Below, in pieces: positions 7,779 through 15,660 of a stretch of DNA of 27,758 bases. The position numbers and the translations under genes are program-made. Source of the stretch: a virus (Duplodnaviria > Caudoviricetes). The stretch covers positions 1-27,758 of the IMG/VR virus record IMGVR_UViG_3300005805_006186. The stretch is one strand, 5' to 3'. Below the pieces are notes generated by a model. The model ran no database searches. It was not told the origin of the DNA and saw only the letters and a program-made list of their open reading frames with translations. How positions within the stretch are numbered: position 1 is the first letter of the stretch; each line of letters begins with the position of its first letter.

Positions 7779-8275
7779 AAAAATTCAATGATGTGATGCT
7801 GTGGATTACGGTAGCAATCATTGACTTTCTTTATCAAAATGCACCAATACAACGTTTTTGGGTTCTGGAAACAATTGCCAGAGCACCATACTTTGCTTTC
7901 GTCAGTGTATTGCATCTCAAAGAATCACTAGGATTGCGAGACTTATCACACTACTACTTAATGAAAGAACACTTTGCACAAACACTCAATGAAACGGAAC
8001 ACCTTATTGAAATGGAGCATCGTGGCGGAGCAGATCGCTGGGTTGATCGCTTTTTCGCTTATCATTTGGTTCTCGTCTATTATTGGGTTCTGGTGGCTTA
8101 TTATTTTATTGATCCTATTTCTGCTTATCACTTGAATGCTTCTATTGAATACCATGCCACAGAAACTTATTTGGAATATCTTTGGGAGCATCCAGAAGAT
8201 AAAAAAATTTCAGAAATTGCCGTGGATGAAATGAATCACTATATAGAACTTACTAGAGCAATGGAGATGGTTTGA
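7775..8275 (+). CDS. ptoX: Plastoquinol terminal oxidase (AOX/PTOX di-iron family)
   Basis: RFWVLETIARAPY, NETEHL, IEYHA..TY and DEMNH di-iron ligand motifs. Confidence 0.95.
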   Translation: MKKFNDVMLWITVAIIDFLYQNAPIQRFWVLETIARAPYFAFVSVLHLKESLGLRDLSHYYLMKEHFAQTLNETEHLIEMEHRGGADRWVDRFFAYHLVLVYYWVLVAYYFIDPISAYHLNASIEYHATETYLEYLWEHPEDKKISEIAVDEMNHYIELTRAMEMV

Positions 8276-8397
8276 TGTTATTGGCAAAAATACTTTTATT
8301 TGTTTCAGTTCCTTTCGTATTAGCAACTCTATATTTTGGAACTCGTGGTGGATATTATGATTCGGAAGACTATAAAGGAAACGGAACTGCACACTAA
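8275..8397 (+). CDS. ndhP: NDH-1L small subunit NdhP homolog (40 aa; not in ORF track)
   Basis: MLLAKILLFVSVPFVLATLYFGTRGGYYDSEDYKGNGTAH*: a single TM followed by FGT-R-x-G-[FY]-YD...Y-x-GNG-[ST]-AH, the NdhP C-terminal signature. TGATG coupling to ptox. Confidence 0.88.
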   Translation: MLLAKILLFVSVPFVLATLYFGTRGGYYDSEDYKGNGTAH

Positions 8398-8549
8398 TGG
8401 GACATTTCGCACGATGGGTTTTAGAAAATCCTGTTACACTGGGTATTCTTGGATATGCTTTGATTGTTATACCTATTATGGGAATCTGGGCAATTCACAA
8501 ATATAATTGGCAACATTGGGAACCATTTGATAGGGGACATAAGGAGTAA
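8397..8549 (+). CDS. Small single-TM protein (50 aa; not in ORF track)
   Basis: MGHFARWVLENPVTLGILGYALIVIPIMGIWAIHKYNWQHWEPFDRGHKE*; TAATG coupling on both sides. Confidence 0.75.
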   Translation: MGHFARWVLENPVTLGILGYALIVIPIMGIWAIHKYNWQHWEPFDRGHKE

Positions 8550-9157
8550 TGTTTTTACCACTCTCAAAACTTATTGATAATCAAAAATTATATCAGTCTT
8601 ATGATTTAATTAAAAAAGATTATATAACTTTTAGAGATATGGGTTACTTTTTTGATTATTCGCATGATTATGAATTGACTTCGACAACTGATTTTAATAA
8701 AGTTGTATTGCCTAAAAGTACAGGATATTTTTGGCAAGTTTGCCCATTAATTTATAATAAACAAATATTGCCAATAGTTCCAGAAGATGTAAAAAATAGT
8801 TTTACTGCTAGTTTGATTATGTCTTTTCCCGTTTTACCAGTACTAGCAGTATTTTCAATATTGGAACCACATTCAGATATTGATCCGCATATCGATACTG
8901 ATGAACGTATCATAATGAATGAAAGTGCATCATATAGAAAAAATCAAATTGTAATGACTTCAGTCGTTAAATATCATTATTCTTTAGATATTCCAGAAGA
9001 TGGTGAATCTGCATTGATTGTTGGTGATGAAAAACGTATTTTAAGTAATGGTGATCTGAATCCTTTTGATGAAAGAACAACTCACTATGCATATAATCAT
9101 TCTTCTTCTAGAAGAGGAGTTTTAATCATCTCATATATAAGAAAGGATTTATATTGA
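8549..9157 (+). CDS. Aspartyl/asparaginyl beta-hydroxylase family 2OG-Fe(II) oxygenase
   Basis: FSILEP..DIDPHID, YHYSLDIP, FDE...HYAYN...R.VLII. Confidence 0.85.
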   Translation: MFLPLSKLIDNQKLYQSYDLIKKDYITFRDMGYFFDYSHDYELTSTTDFNKVVLPKSTGYFWQVCPLIYNKQILPIVPEDVKNSFTASLIMSFPVLPVLAVFSILEPHSDIDPHIDTDERIIMNESASYRKNQIVMTSVVKYHYSLDIPEDGESALIVGDEKRILSNGDLNPFDERTTHYAYNHSSSRRGVLIISYIRKDLY

Positions 9158-9182
9158 CGGGAGATCTCAAATCTGTTATAAT
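9154..9182 (+). promoter_or_regulatory. sigma70-type promoter of tRNA-Pro
   Basis: TTGACG 9154-9159, 17 bp, TG-n-TATAAT 9177-9182. Confidence 0.8.
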
Positions 9183-9196
9183 ATGATCATTCCCAA

Positions 9197-9270
9197 CGGA
9201 ATGTAGCTCAGTTTGGTAGAGCACTCGCTTTGGGAGCGAGATGTCGCAGGTTCGAATCCTGTCATTCCGA
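9197..9270 (+). tRNA. trnP: tRNA-Pro(TGG)
   Basis: Acceptor CGGAATG/CATTCCG, anticodon arm CTCGC-tt-TGG-ga-GCGAG, GGTTCGAATCC T-arm. Confidence 0.96.
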
Positions 9271-9271
9271 T

Positions 9272-9323
9272 TGCCAGTTACTTCACTGGCACACTTGACA
9301 CAAAGTCCCAAAAACCTTATAAT
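9272..9323 (+). promoter_or_regulatory. Consensus sigma70 (early) promoter with upstream inverted repeat
   Basis: TGCCAGT-tacttc-ACTGGCA (9272-9291); TTGACA 9295-9300, 17 bp, TATAAT 9318-9323. Confidence 0.88.
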
Positions 9324-9346
9324 ACTAGAGCAAACAAAACAAAACA

Positions 9347-9562
9347 ATGTCTCTGATCCAAAAATTCAAGAAAGATGTTAGCACTCTGCGTTCTGCTGCT
9401 AACGGTGAAATCTACCTTGATGTAAAGAATCCGAAACTTTATAAAAAGGTTCGTCGTTTTTATGAAAATGAGGGCGTCGTATTTTCTGGTGAACCTCTTG
9501 ACGATTATGAAATGCTTATCGATTACATCGCTCAAGATCTTGAATCTGTTGAGGTTGCATGA
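9347..9562 (+). CDS. Hypothetical protein (71 aa)
   Basis: First ORF after a perfect promoter; ATGA overlap with the next gene. Confidence 0.82.
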   Translation: MSLIQKFKKDVSTLRSAANGEIYLDVKNPKLYKKVRRFYENEGVVFSGEPLDDYEMLIDYIAQDLESVEVA

Positions 9563-9795
9563 AAACCAAAGTTCTTCTGGAACGTGAAGGATATCGCTTT
9601 ATTGAAGCAGGTATTCTTGAGATAAACGGCAAACCCGATTATCGTTTGCAAAAGCAAAATTACTATACCAAACGCTGGAATGACATTTATCTGTTTGATA
9701 ACAGTCTACAATGTTCTACTGCAATGGAAGATTTTGAATATGCAAAATGGTTAGATCCAGATCGTGTTCCTTGTTACATTAAAGAGGACAACTAA
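9559..9795 (+). CDS. Hypothetical protein (78 aa)
   Basis: GAGG SD; coupled to the previous ORF. Confidence 0.82.
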   Translation: MKTKVLLEREGYRFIEAGILEINGKPDYRLQKQNYYTKRWNDIYLFDNSLQCSTAMEDFEYAKWLDPDRVPCYIKEDN

Positions 9796-9800
9796 CAAAA

Positions 9801-10301
9801 TTGGATTTAGAAAAAAAGAAAATAATTATTCTTGATGATTTTTTAGAAGAATCTTTTATATTAAAAATTCGAAAAAGATTAAATCAGAATAATATTTCGG
9901 AAACTTGGTATAAAAAAGAAGAAAAACATTCTTACCATGACATCTGCCAAAAATTTTTGCAAGAGGTAAAAAATTACTATAATATAAGTAATTTTGTTGG
10001 TTATGAATTCTGGACCCAGAATAACACAAGACCATCAGATTGGCATTATGATAAAGATGAAAACTTCTTTGATTCTACTGGGAGCTACAAATTTCCAATA
10101 TGCTCTATAGTTTATTATCTCAATGTTAATAATCTAGTTGGAGGTCTTCTTCATTTAGAAGATTGTATCATTCTCCCAAAAGTAAATAGATTAGTTATTT
10201 TTCCTCCAGGAGTTATTCATTATGTTGAAGAATTTTCTGGAGAAAGAACATCTATTTTATTAAATCCTTGGGACTATAATTTAGTCTCGGAAAGACTTTA
10301 A
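9801..10301 (+). CDS. 2OG-Fe(II) oxygenase
   Basis: IIILDDFL, WHYD (HxD), SIVYYL, GGLL, PKVNRLVIF, HYV, ERTS. TTG start after AGAGGA. Confidence 0.85.
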   Translation: MDLEKKKIIILDDFLEESFILKIRKRLNQNNISETWYKKEEKHSYHDICQKFLQEVKNYYNISNFVGYEFWTQNNTRPSDWHYDKDENFFDSTGSYKFPICSIVYYLNVNNLVGGLLHLEDCIILPKVNRLVIFPPGVIHYVEEFSGERTSILLNPWDYNLVSERL

Positions 10302-10328
10302 ACCTGCCCTGGTCGGGAGCAAACCCCT
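10282..10328 (+). ncRNA. 5' segment of a manA-like structured RNA
   Basis: AGTCT-cggaa-AGACT hairpin, GCCCTGGTCGGG, GGG-agcaaa-CCC. Resembles the 5' end of the cyanophage manA RNA motif (recalled, not searched). Confidence 0.45.
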
Positions 10329-10329
10329 T

Positions 10330-10563
10330 ATGTCTAAAACAAGTATCCTGAGATATATCGGGAACTTTCTCCTTCTACTTGGTTATCAAATCATGTTGTG
10401 GGGAGATTTTAAAAATGGTTTGATTATAAAGTTTATCGGGGGATTACTCGGTATTCCTTTTGCCATCAAACTCAAACTCTGGGATGTGTTATTTTTGATA
10501 GCATTCTTTGGTATTACCGAGATATCAAAGTTAACCCAACTTTTCCTAGTTCAGACAAACTAG
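10330..10563 (+). CDS. Small multi-TM membrane protein (77 aa)
   Basis: Three hydrophobic segments (RYIGNFLLLLGY, IIKFIGGLLGIPFAI, LWDVLFLIAFFGI). Embedded between two RNA-motif segments. Confidence 0.75.
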   Translation: MSKTSILRYIGNFLLLLGYQIMLWGDFKNGLIIKFIGGLLGIPFAIKLKLWDVLFLIAFFGITEISKLTQLFLVQTN

Positions 10564-10685
10564 GTGGTGGAGTCAAATGACCCTCAATTTGGTTTCTTGC
10601 TTTCCCATTAAAGAGCAAGTGGTGCGGATGGGATAACTCCCGCCTGGTTTCCAATTTCCAGCCAAAGAATTGGTGGCGAGCCTGA
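10542..10685 (+). ncRNA. manA/wcaG-type structured RNA with three stem+UGGYG modules
   Basis: Three covarying 6-bp stems, each preceded by TTT and followed by TGGYG (10565, 10620, 10674). Upstream of a cluster containing fcl/wcaG. UGGYG motifs are a described feature of the wcaG RNA. Confidence 0.7.
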
Positions 10686-10692
10686 GTTACAT

Positions 10693-10729
10693 AAAGTGGG
10701 TTGCATAAACCCACTTTTTTTGTTATAAT
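10693..10729 (+). terminator. Terminator hairpin fused to the promoter of the glycan cluster
   Basis: AAAGTGGGTT-gcata-AACCCACTTT followed by a T-run. TTGCAT 10701-10706, 17 bp, TG-n-TATAAT 10724-10729. Confidence 0.82.
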
Positions 10730-10750
10730 AAAATTAAAATATTTTATTGT

Positions 10751-11521
10751 ATGTCTGAATCTATTACTGTAGTTCTTAACGGATATAAAAGACAAAATTT
10801 AAAAGAACAAGTTGAAGCAATTAAAAACCAAACAGTTCCAGTAAAAGAAATTTTTTACTGGCAAAATACTACTCCTGGTGTTACTTATGATGAAGACACT
10901 TATTGTGAACTGAATTCTGCTCTAAGTAATTATAATTATGGTGTTTGGGCAAGATTCGCATATGCTTTAAATGCAAAAAGTGATTATGTTTGTGTATTTG
11001 ATGATGATACAATTCCTGGAAATAGATGGTTAGAAAACTGTTTGCAAACATATAAAACTAATCCAGGACTTCTTGGTGGAATTGGTCTTAGGTTTAAGAA
11101 TGAAAATTATGAACTAGACCAACTTGCTGATGGAAAATATACAAGGTTCGGTTGGGAATCAAATCCAGAGTGTGCTGGAAATAATACTGAACCTGTTGAA
11201 GTTGATATTGTAGGACATTCTTGGTTCTTTTCTAGAGATCTTCTTTCGGTTTTTTGGAGGGAACTGCCAGAAGAAAAATGGTCAATGTTGTGTGGAGAAG
11301 ATATTCATTTCTCATATATGATTCAAAAGTATACTGATCTGAAAACATATGTTCCACCACACCCTTCTGATGACACTAGTATGTGGAGCAGTTTAAAAGC
11401 AATTCAATATGGTGCTGATCAACACGCAACTGCTCATATTACTTTGGGAACTGGTGAAATGAGAGAATATCTAAAATATTGTGTTGATAATGGATTTGTA
11501 CTTTACAAGGATAGAAACTGA
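10751..11521 (+). CDS. GT-A fold glycosyltransferase (GT2-like)
   Basis: ITVVLNGYKR, QAIKNQT-like N-terminus, CVFDDD (DxD), GEDIHFS. Confidence 0.8.
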   Translation: MSESITVVLNGYKRQNLKEQVEAIKNQTVPVKEIFYWQNTTPGVTYDEDTYCELNSALSNYNYGVWARFAYALNAKSDYVCVFDDDTIPGNRWLENCLQTYKTNPGLLGGIGLRFKNENYELDQLADGKYTRFGWESNPECAGNNTEPVEVDIVGHSWFFSRDLLSVFWRELPEEKWSMLCGEDIHFSYMIQKYTDLKTYVPPHPSDDTSMWSSLKAIQYGADQHATAHITLGTGEMREYLKYCVDNGFVLYKDRN

Positions 11522-12237
11522 TGAATTTGATGGAAGCCTCTCCCTTTAATCCTTATGTTGAGGAAACGGGAAATACTAAAAATAAATACGCAAAACTTAT
11601 TAAGAATGCTTTTGATAGAGCAGTTCAGGAAGAAACCAAGTTGCCTAGTTGGATTCTTGGATTATATGGAATGTCTGGTAAAAGATATAGAATTTTTATC
11701 AATAACTTAATTGAATCCGTTCAAGACGCACGATATCTTGAAGTTGGTTCTTGGTCTGGTTCTACTGCTTGCTCCGCAGTTTATGGAAATAAAGTTCATT
11801 CTGTTTGTATTGATAACTGGACTCAGTTTGGAGATGTTAGAACAGAATTTAGAAAGAATATTCAAAACACTTTAAAAGATGAAGATGAAAACAGTGTAGA
11901 ACTTCATGAGGAAGACTTTAGGAAAGTTGATTATACAGATATTGGTAAATTCAATGTTTATCTTTTTGATGGCCCTCATGAAGTTGAAGATCAATATGAT
12001 GGGTTAAAACTTGCTCTTCCTGCACTTGATGACACTTTTATTTTCCTTGTAGATGACTGGAATGATCCTCGCCCCCGTGAAGGCACTGAAAATGCAATTA
12101 AAGAACTAGGAGTTGAAGTTATCTACTCTATGCAAATTAGAACTAGTAATGGTGTAGATAGAGTTTATCCAGAAGTTGTGCTGCAAGATAGCCACTGGCA
12201 TAATGGATATTTCATTTCTGTCTGTAAGAAAAAATGA
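11521..12237 (+). CDS. Class I SAM-dependent methyltransferase (Methyltransf_24-like)
   Basis: YLEVGSWSGST motif I, CIDNW, YLFDGPH, FLVDDW. Confidence 0.85.
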   Translation: MNLMEASPFNPYVEETGNTKNKYAKLIKNAFDRAVQEETKLPSWILGLYGMSGKRYRIFINNLIESVQDARYLEVGSWSGSTACSAVYGNKVHSVCIDNWTQFGDVRTEFRKNIQNTLKDEDENSVELHEEDFRKVDYTDIGKFNVYLFDGPHEVEDQYDGLKLALPALDDTFIFLVDDWNDPRPREGTENAIKELGVEVIYSMQIRTSNGVDRVYPEVVLQDSHWHNGYFISVCKKK

Positions 12238-12932
12238 AAGATTATAAAAAAGAGATTGAGGTTTTTTATCATAAACTTCAATCCAATGAAAAATTCGCTC
12301 TAAGTAAATTTGCTGATGGTGAGTGGGGAGCTATTAAAGGAGATTCTTTTTTTCCTGCAAATGGTGAGTGGCAGGCAAATGGCAACCACCCCTTATTTGA
12401 ATTGGCAAGACAGGAACTTATCGAATCTCTTCAATATAAAGATCCAAATTATTATGTCGCTATTTGCCCCTGCTACAAAGATACAATTCTATTTTCTGGG
12501 CAGGAAGAATCTCAAATTACATATGCAAATATCTTTGTAAATTCCAATTATAATTTTTATAAAGAAAAGTATATTCCACTATATCAGGAAAGAGATATTC
12601 ATCTTGTAACACATATGAATACTAATCTTGATAATCTGCCTTTTAAAGTTGAAAAATTCTATCCAATTGATTATAATGCTTGGGTAATGAATAGGGACCT
12701 CCCTGAAATAATTTTGGAAGACGATCCTAAAGATAAACTATTTTTGTTTGCTGCTGGTTCTTTCGCTAACATCTTATCTTATAAACTGTGGAAAAACAAT
12801 AAAAACAATACTTATCTTGATGTTGGTTCTACCCTAAACATTTGGACTAAGATAGAGCGTTTGCCTAGAGATTATTACATGGGAAATCAAGAATTAGAAA
12901 ATCTGTGTTGCCCTTGCCCTAATTTTTCATAA
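12234..12932 (+). CDS. Putative GT-D fold (DUF1792-like) glycosyltransferase
   Basis: LSKFADGE resembles the GT-D RFGDGE motif; C-terminal [11 protein letters not shown]...YLDVGS. Confidence 0.55.
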   Translation: MKDYKKEIEVFYHKLQSNEKFALSKFADGEWGAIKGDSFFPANGEWQANGNHPLFELARQELIESLQYKDPNYYVAICPCYKDTILFSGQEESQITYANIFVNSNYNFYKEKYIPLYQERDIHLVTHMNTNLDNLPFKVEKFYPIDYNAWVMNRDLPEIILEDDPKDKLFLFAAGSFANILSYKLWKNNKNNTYLDVGSTLNIWTKIERLPRDYYMGNQELENLCCPCPNFS

Positions 12933-12943
12933 TAAATTTTAAA

Positions 12944-13945
12944 ATGAAAGTCGCTTTAATTACAGGTATTACAGGACAAGATGGTTCTTACCTTGCTGAA
13001 CTTTTACTTGAAAAAGGATATGAAGTTCATGGTATTGTAAGGAGATCATCCCTAATCAATACTAGCCGTATTGATCACATTTATGGGCAAATTAAACTCC
13101 ATTATGGTGATCTTACGGATTCTACAAATCTTGTTAGGATTATCCAACAAACACAACCAGATGAAATATATAATCTTGGTGCTCAAAGTCATGTAAAAGT
13201 TTCTTTTGAGCTTCCAGAATATACTGGTATGGTTGATGGTCTGGGAACTCTTCGTATTCTTGAAGCAGTTCGTCTTTTGGAAATGGAAAAGAAAACTAGA
13301 ATTTACCAAGCATCTACTTCAGAGATGTTTGGTAAAGTTCAGGAGACCCCACAAAAAGAAACAACCCCTTTTTATCCACGTTCACCTTATGGAGTAGCAA
13401 AGGTTTATGGATATTGGATCGTCAAAAACTACAGAGAATCTTATGGATTACATGCAAATTCTGGAATACTTTTCAATCACGAATCCCCTCGCAGAGGAGA
13501 AACTTTTGTCACTAGAAAAATCACTCGCGGATTATCACGCATTTCAACTGGGCAACAGGACATACTATATCTCGGAAATTTAAATGCTAAAAGAGATTGG
13601 GGACACGCTAAGGACTTTGTAGAAGCAATGTGGTTGATGCTTCAGCAAGATCAACCAGATGATTATGTGATTGCTACTGGACAACAATACTCTGTTCGTG
13701 ATTTTATTAAAGAGTCTGCACCATATTTTGGTATGAGAATTGCTTGGGAAGGAACTGGTGTTGATGAAGTTGGTTATGATATGAGTACTATGAAACCAGT
13801 CATTAAGGTTGATCCTAAATATTTTCGACCTGCTGAAGTAGAGACTTTATTGGGTGATGCCACTAAGGCAAAGGAAAAACTAGGTTGGGAACCTAAGATT
13901 TCTTTTAAACAATTAGTTGAGGATATGTGCATTTATGGACAGTGA
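12944..13945 (+). CDS. gmd: GDP-mannose 4,6-dehydratase
   Basis: [55 protein letters not shown]. Confidence 0.98.
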   Translation: MKVALITGITGQDGSYLAELLLEKGYEVHGIVRRSSLINTSRIDHIYGQIKLHYGDLTDSTNLVRIIQQTQPDEIYNLGAQSHVKVSFELPEYTGMVDGLGTLRILEAVRLLEMEKKTRIYQASTSEMFGKVQETPQKETTPFYPRSPYGVAKVYGYWIVKNYRESYGLHANSGILFNHESPRRGETFVTRKITRGLSRISTGQQDILYLGNLNAKRDWGHAKDFVEAMWLMLQQDQPDDYVIATGQQYSVRDFIKESAPYFGMRIAWEGTGVDEVGYDMSTMKPVIKVDPKYFRPAEVETLLGDATKAKEKLGWEPKISFKQLVEDMCIYGQ

Positions 13946-14870
13946 TTCTAGAGTATTAGTTGCTGGTTCCAACGGGATGGTTGGTTCTGCGATTGTTAGA
14001 AATTTAAAGAAAAAGGGACATACCAATATAGTTCTTGGCACAAGATCTTGGGTAGATTTCACAAAAGAAAGAGAAACCAAAGCATTTATTCGGGAGGTTA
14101 AACCTGAGTATGTCTTTGTTGCCGCTGCTAAAGTTGGTGGCATTATGGCAAACAGCAACTATAAGGCAGACTTTCTGACTGAGAATCTCCAAATCCAAAC
14201 TAATCTTATTCAGCAATCTTATAACTTTGGTGTAAAGAAACTTCTATTTCTTGGTTCATCCTGCATCTATCCTAAGTTTGCAACTCAACCGATTACAGAA
14301 GATCAGTTGATGACTGGTGCTCTGGAACCTACAAATGATGCCTATGCGATTGCAAAAATTGCAGGCATTATGATGTGTCAGGCATATCGCCAGCAGCACG
14401 GGTTTAATGCCATCTCTCTGATGCCTACGAACCTTTATGGTCCCAATGATAACTTTGATCTGGAAACCTCACACGTTCTTCCAGCGATGATTGCTAAGTT
14501 TCACGCTGCTCTTGATCATAGTAAGTACTGGGAAGTGAAACTTTGGGGTGATGGTTCTGCAATGAGAGAGTTTCTACACGTTGATGATCTTGCAGAAGCG
14601 TGTTATACTTGTATGCAGAACTATAATGAAGCAGAACATATCAACGTTGGTACTGGCGAAGATGTAACCATTAAAGAACTTGCCGAAACTGTTGCTGATG
14701 TTGTTGGGTATGATCGGGATATTAACTGGGACACCACAAAACCCAATGGCACTCCACGTAAAGTTCTAAATGTAGATAAAATCAAATCACTTGGGTGGGA
14801 ACCGAAGATTGGTCTCCGTGAGGGTATTGAGTCAACTTATCAGTGGTATAAAGAAAATGCTATCGTTTAA
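13935..14870 (+). CDS. fcl: GDP-L-fucose synthase (start revised to ATG 13935)
   Basis: [59 protein letters not shown]. Confidence 0.97.
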   Translation: MDSDSRVLVAGSNGMVGSAIVRNLKKKGHTNIVLGTRSWVDFTKERETKAFIREVKPEYVFVAAAKVGGIMANSNYKADFLTENLQIQTNLIQQSYNFGVKKLLFLGSSCIYPKFATQPITEDQLMTGALEPTNDAYAIAKIAGIMMCQAYRQQHGFNAISLMPTNLYGPNDNFDLETSHVLPAMIAKFHAALDHSKYWEVKLWGDGSAMREFLHVDDLAEACYTCMQNYNEAEHINVGTGEDVTIKELAETVADVVGYDRDINWDTTKPNGTPRKVLNVDKIKSLGWEPKIGLREGIESTYQWYKENAIV

Positions 14871-15660
14871 TAATATTGGAAATCTTGGCAGACTCGCCAA
14901 TCAAATGTTTCAATATGCCTCATTAAAAGGTATTGCTAGGAATCGCGGATATGAATTTATGATTCCACCAAAAGATTTTTTTGGTAGAAATGATAAAAAT
15001 GTTAGGCAAGAGAGGTGTAATCTCTATAACGTTTTTAAAGTGGAGGAAAAAAATAATATTGGATTGCAACAGTATCCTATTCTTCAGGAAAGATTCCATG
15101 AATTTGATAAAGAATTGTTTATCAATTGCCCAGATAATGTAGATTTGTTTGGGTATTATCAAACTCAAAAATACTTTAAACATATTGAAGATGAAATTCG
15201 AGAAGATTTTACTTTTGATGAAGTTTTGAGTTATGATTGTAAGCAAACCTTTAGTAAGTTTCTAGGTGATGTTGATGCAATTTCTCTACATATTCGTAGA
15301 GGTGATTATATGGTAAACCCCAATCACCCAGTGCAACCAATTTCTTATTACGAGCAAGCTTTGGAGCAATTACCAAAAGATGCTCCAGTTCTTGTTTTTT
15401 CTGATGATCCTCTTTGGTGTCAAGATCAGGAAATATTTGAACCAGATAGATTCTTTATTTCTCAAGGAAATACTGCAGATGTTGATATGTGTTTAATGTC
15501 AATGTGTCGTTGGCATATCATTGCAAATTCTTCTTTTTCTTGGTGGGGTGCTTGGTTAGCAAATAGTGAAAAAATATTTGCACCTAAGAATTGGTTTGAT
15601 GCTGAGTGCAAAGATAAAAAGGTTAAAGATATGTCCTTCGGAGATTGGAGTTGGTTATGA
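14857..15660 (+). CDS. GT11 alpha-1,2-fucosyltransferase (start revised to ATG 14857)
   Basis: GRLANQMFQYA, GYYQ..KYF, HIRRGDY, VFSDD, IANSSFSWWGAWL. Confidence 0.93.
   Translation: MLSFNNIGNLGRLANQMFQYASLKGIARNRGYEFMIPPKDFFGRNDKNVRQERCNLYNVFKVEEKNNIGLQQYPILQERFHEFDKELFINCPDNVDLFGYYQTQKYFKHIEDEIREDFTFDEVLSYDCKQTFSKFLGDVDAISLHIRRGDYMVNPNHPVQPISYYEQALEQLPKDAPVLVFSDDPLWCQDQEIFEPDRFFISQGNTADVDMCLMSMCRWHIIANSSFSWWGAWLANSEKIFAPKNWFDAECKDKKVKDMSFGDWSWL

Noticed and set aside
10542-10685. CRISPR-like array interpretation of the ~55-nt periodicity
   Set aside because: Only TTTC and GTGGYG are shared. There are no identical 25-40 nt repeats and no cas genes; the conservation is structural.
9126-10795. 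Minus-strand ORFs 9126-9347 and 10514-10795
   Set aside because: They overlap tRNA-Pro and the structured RNA/terminator respectively, which already explain the sequence.
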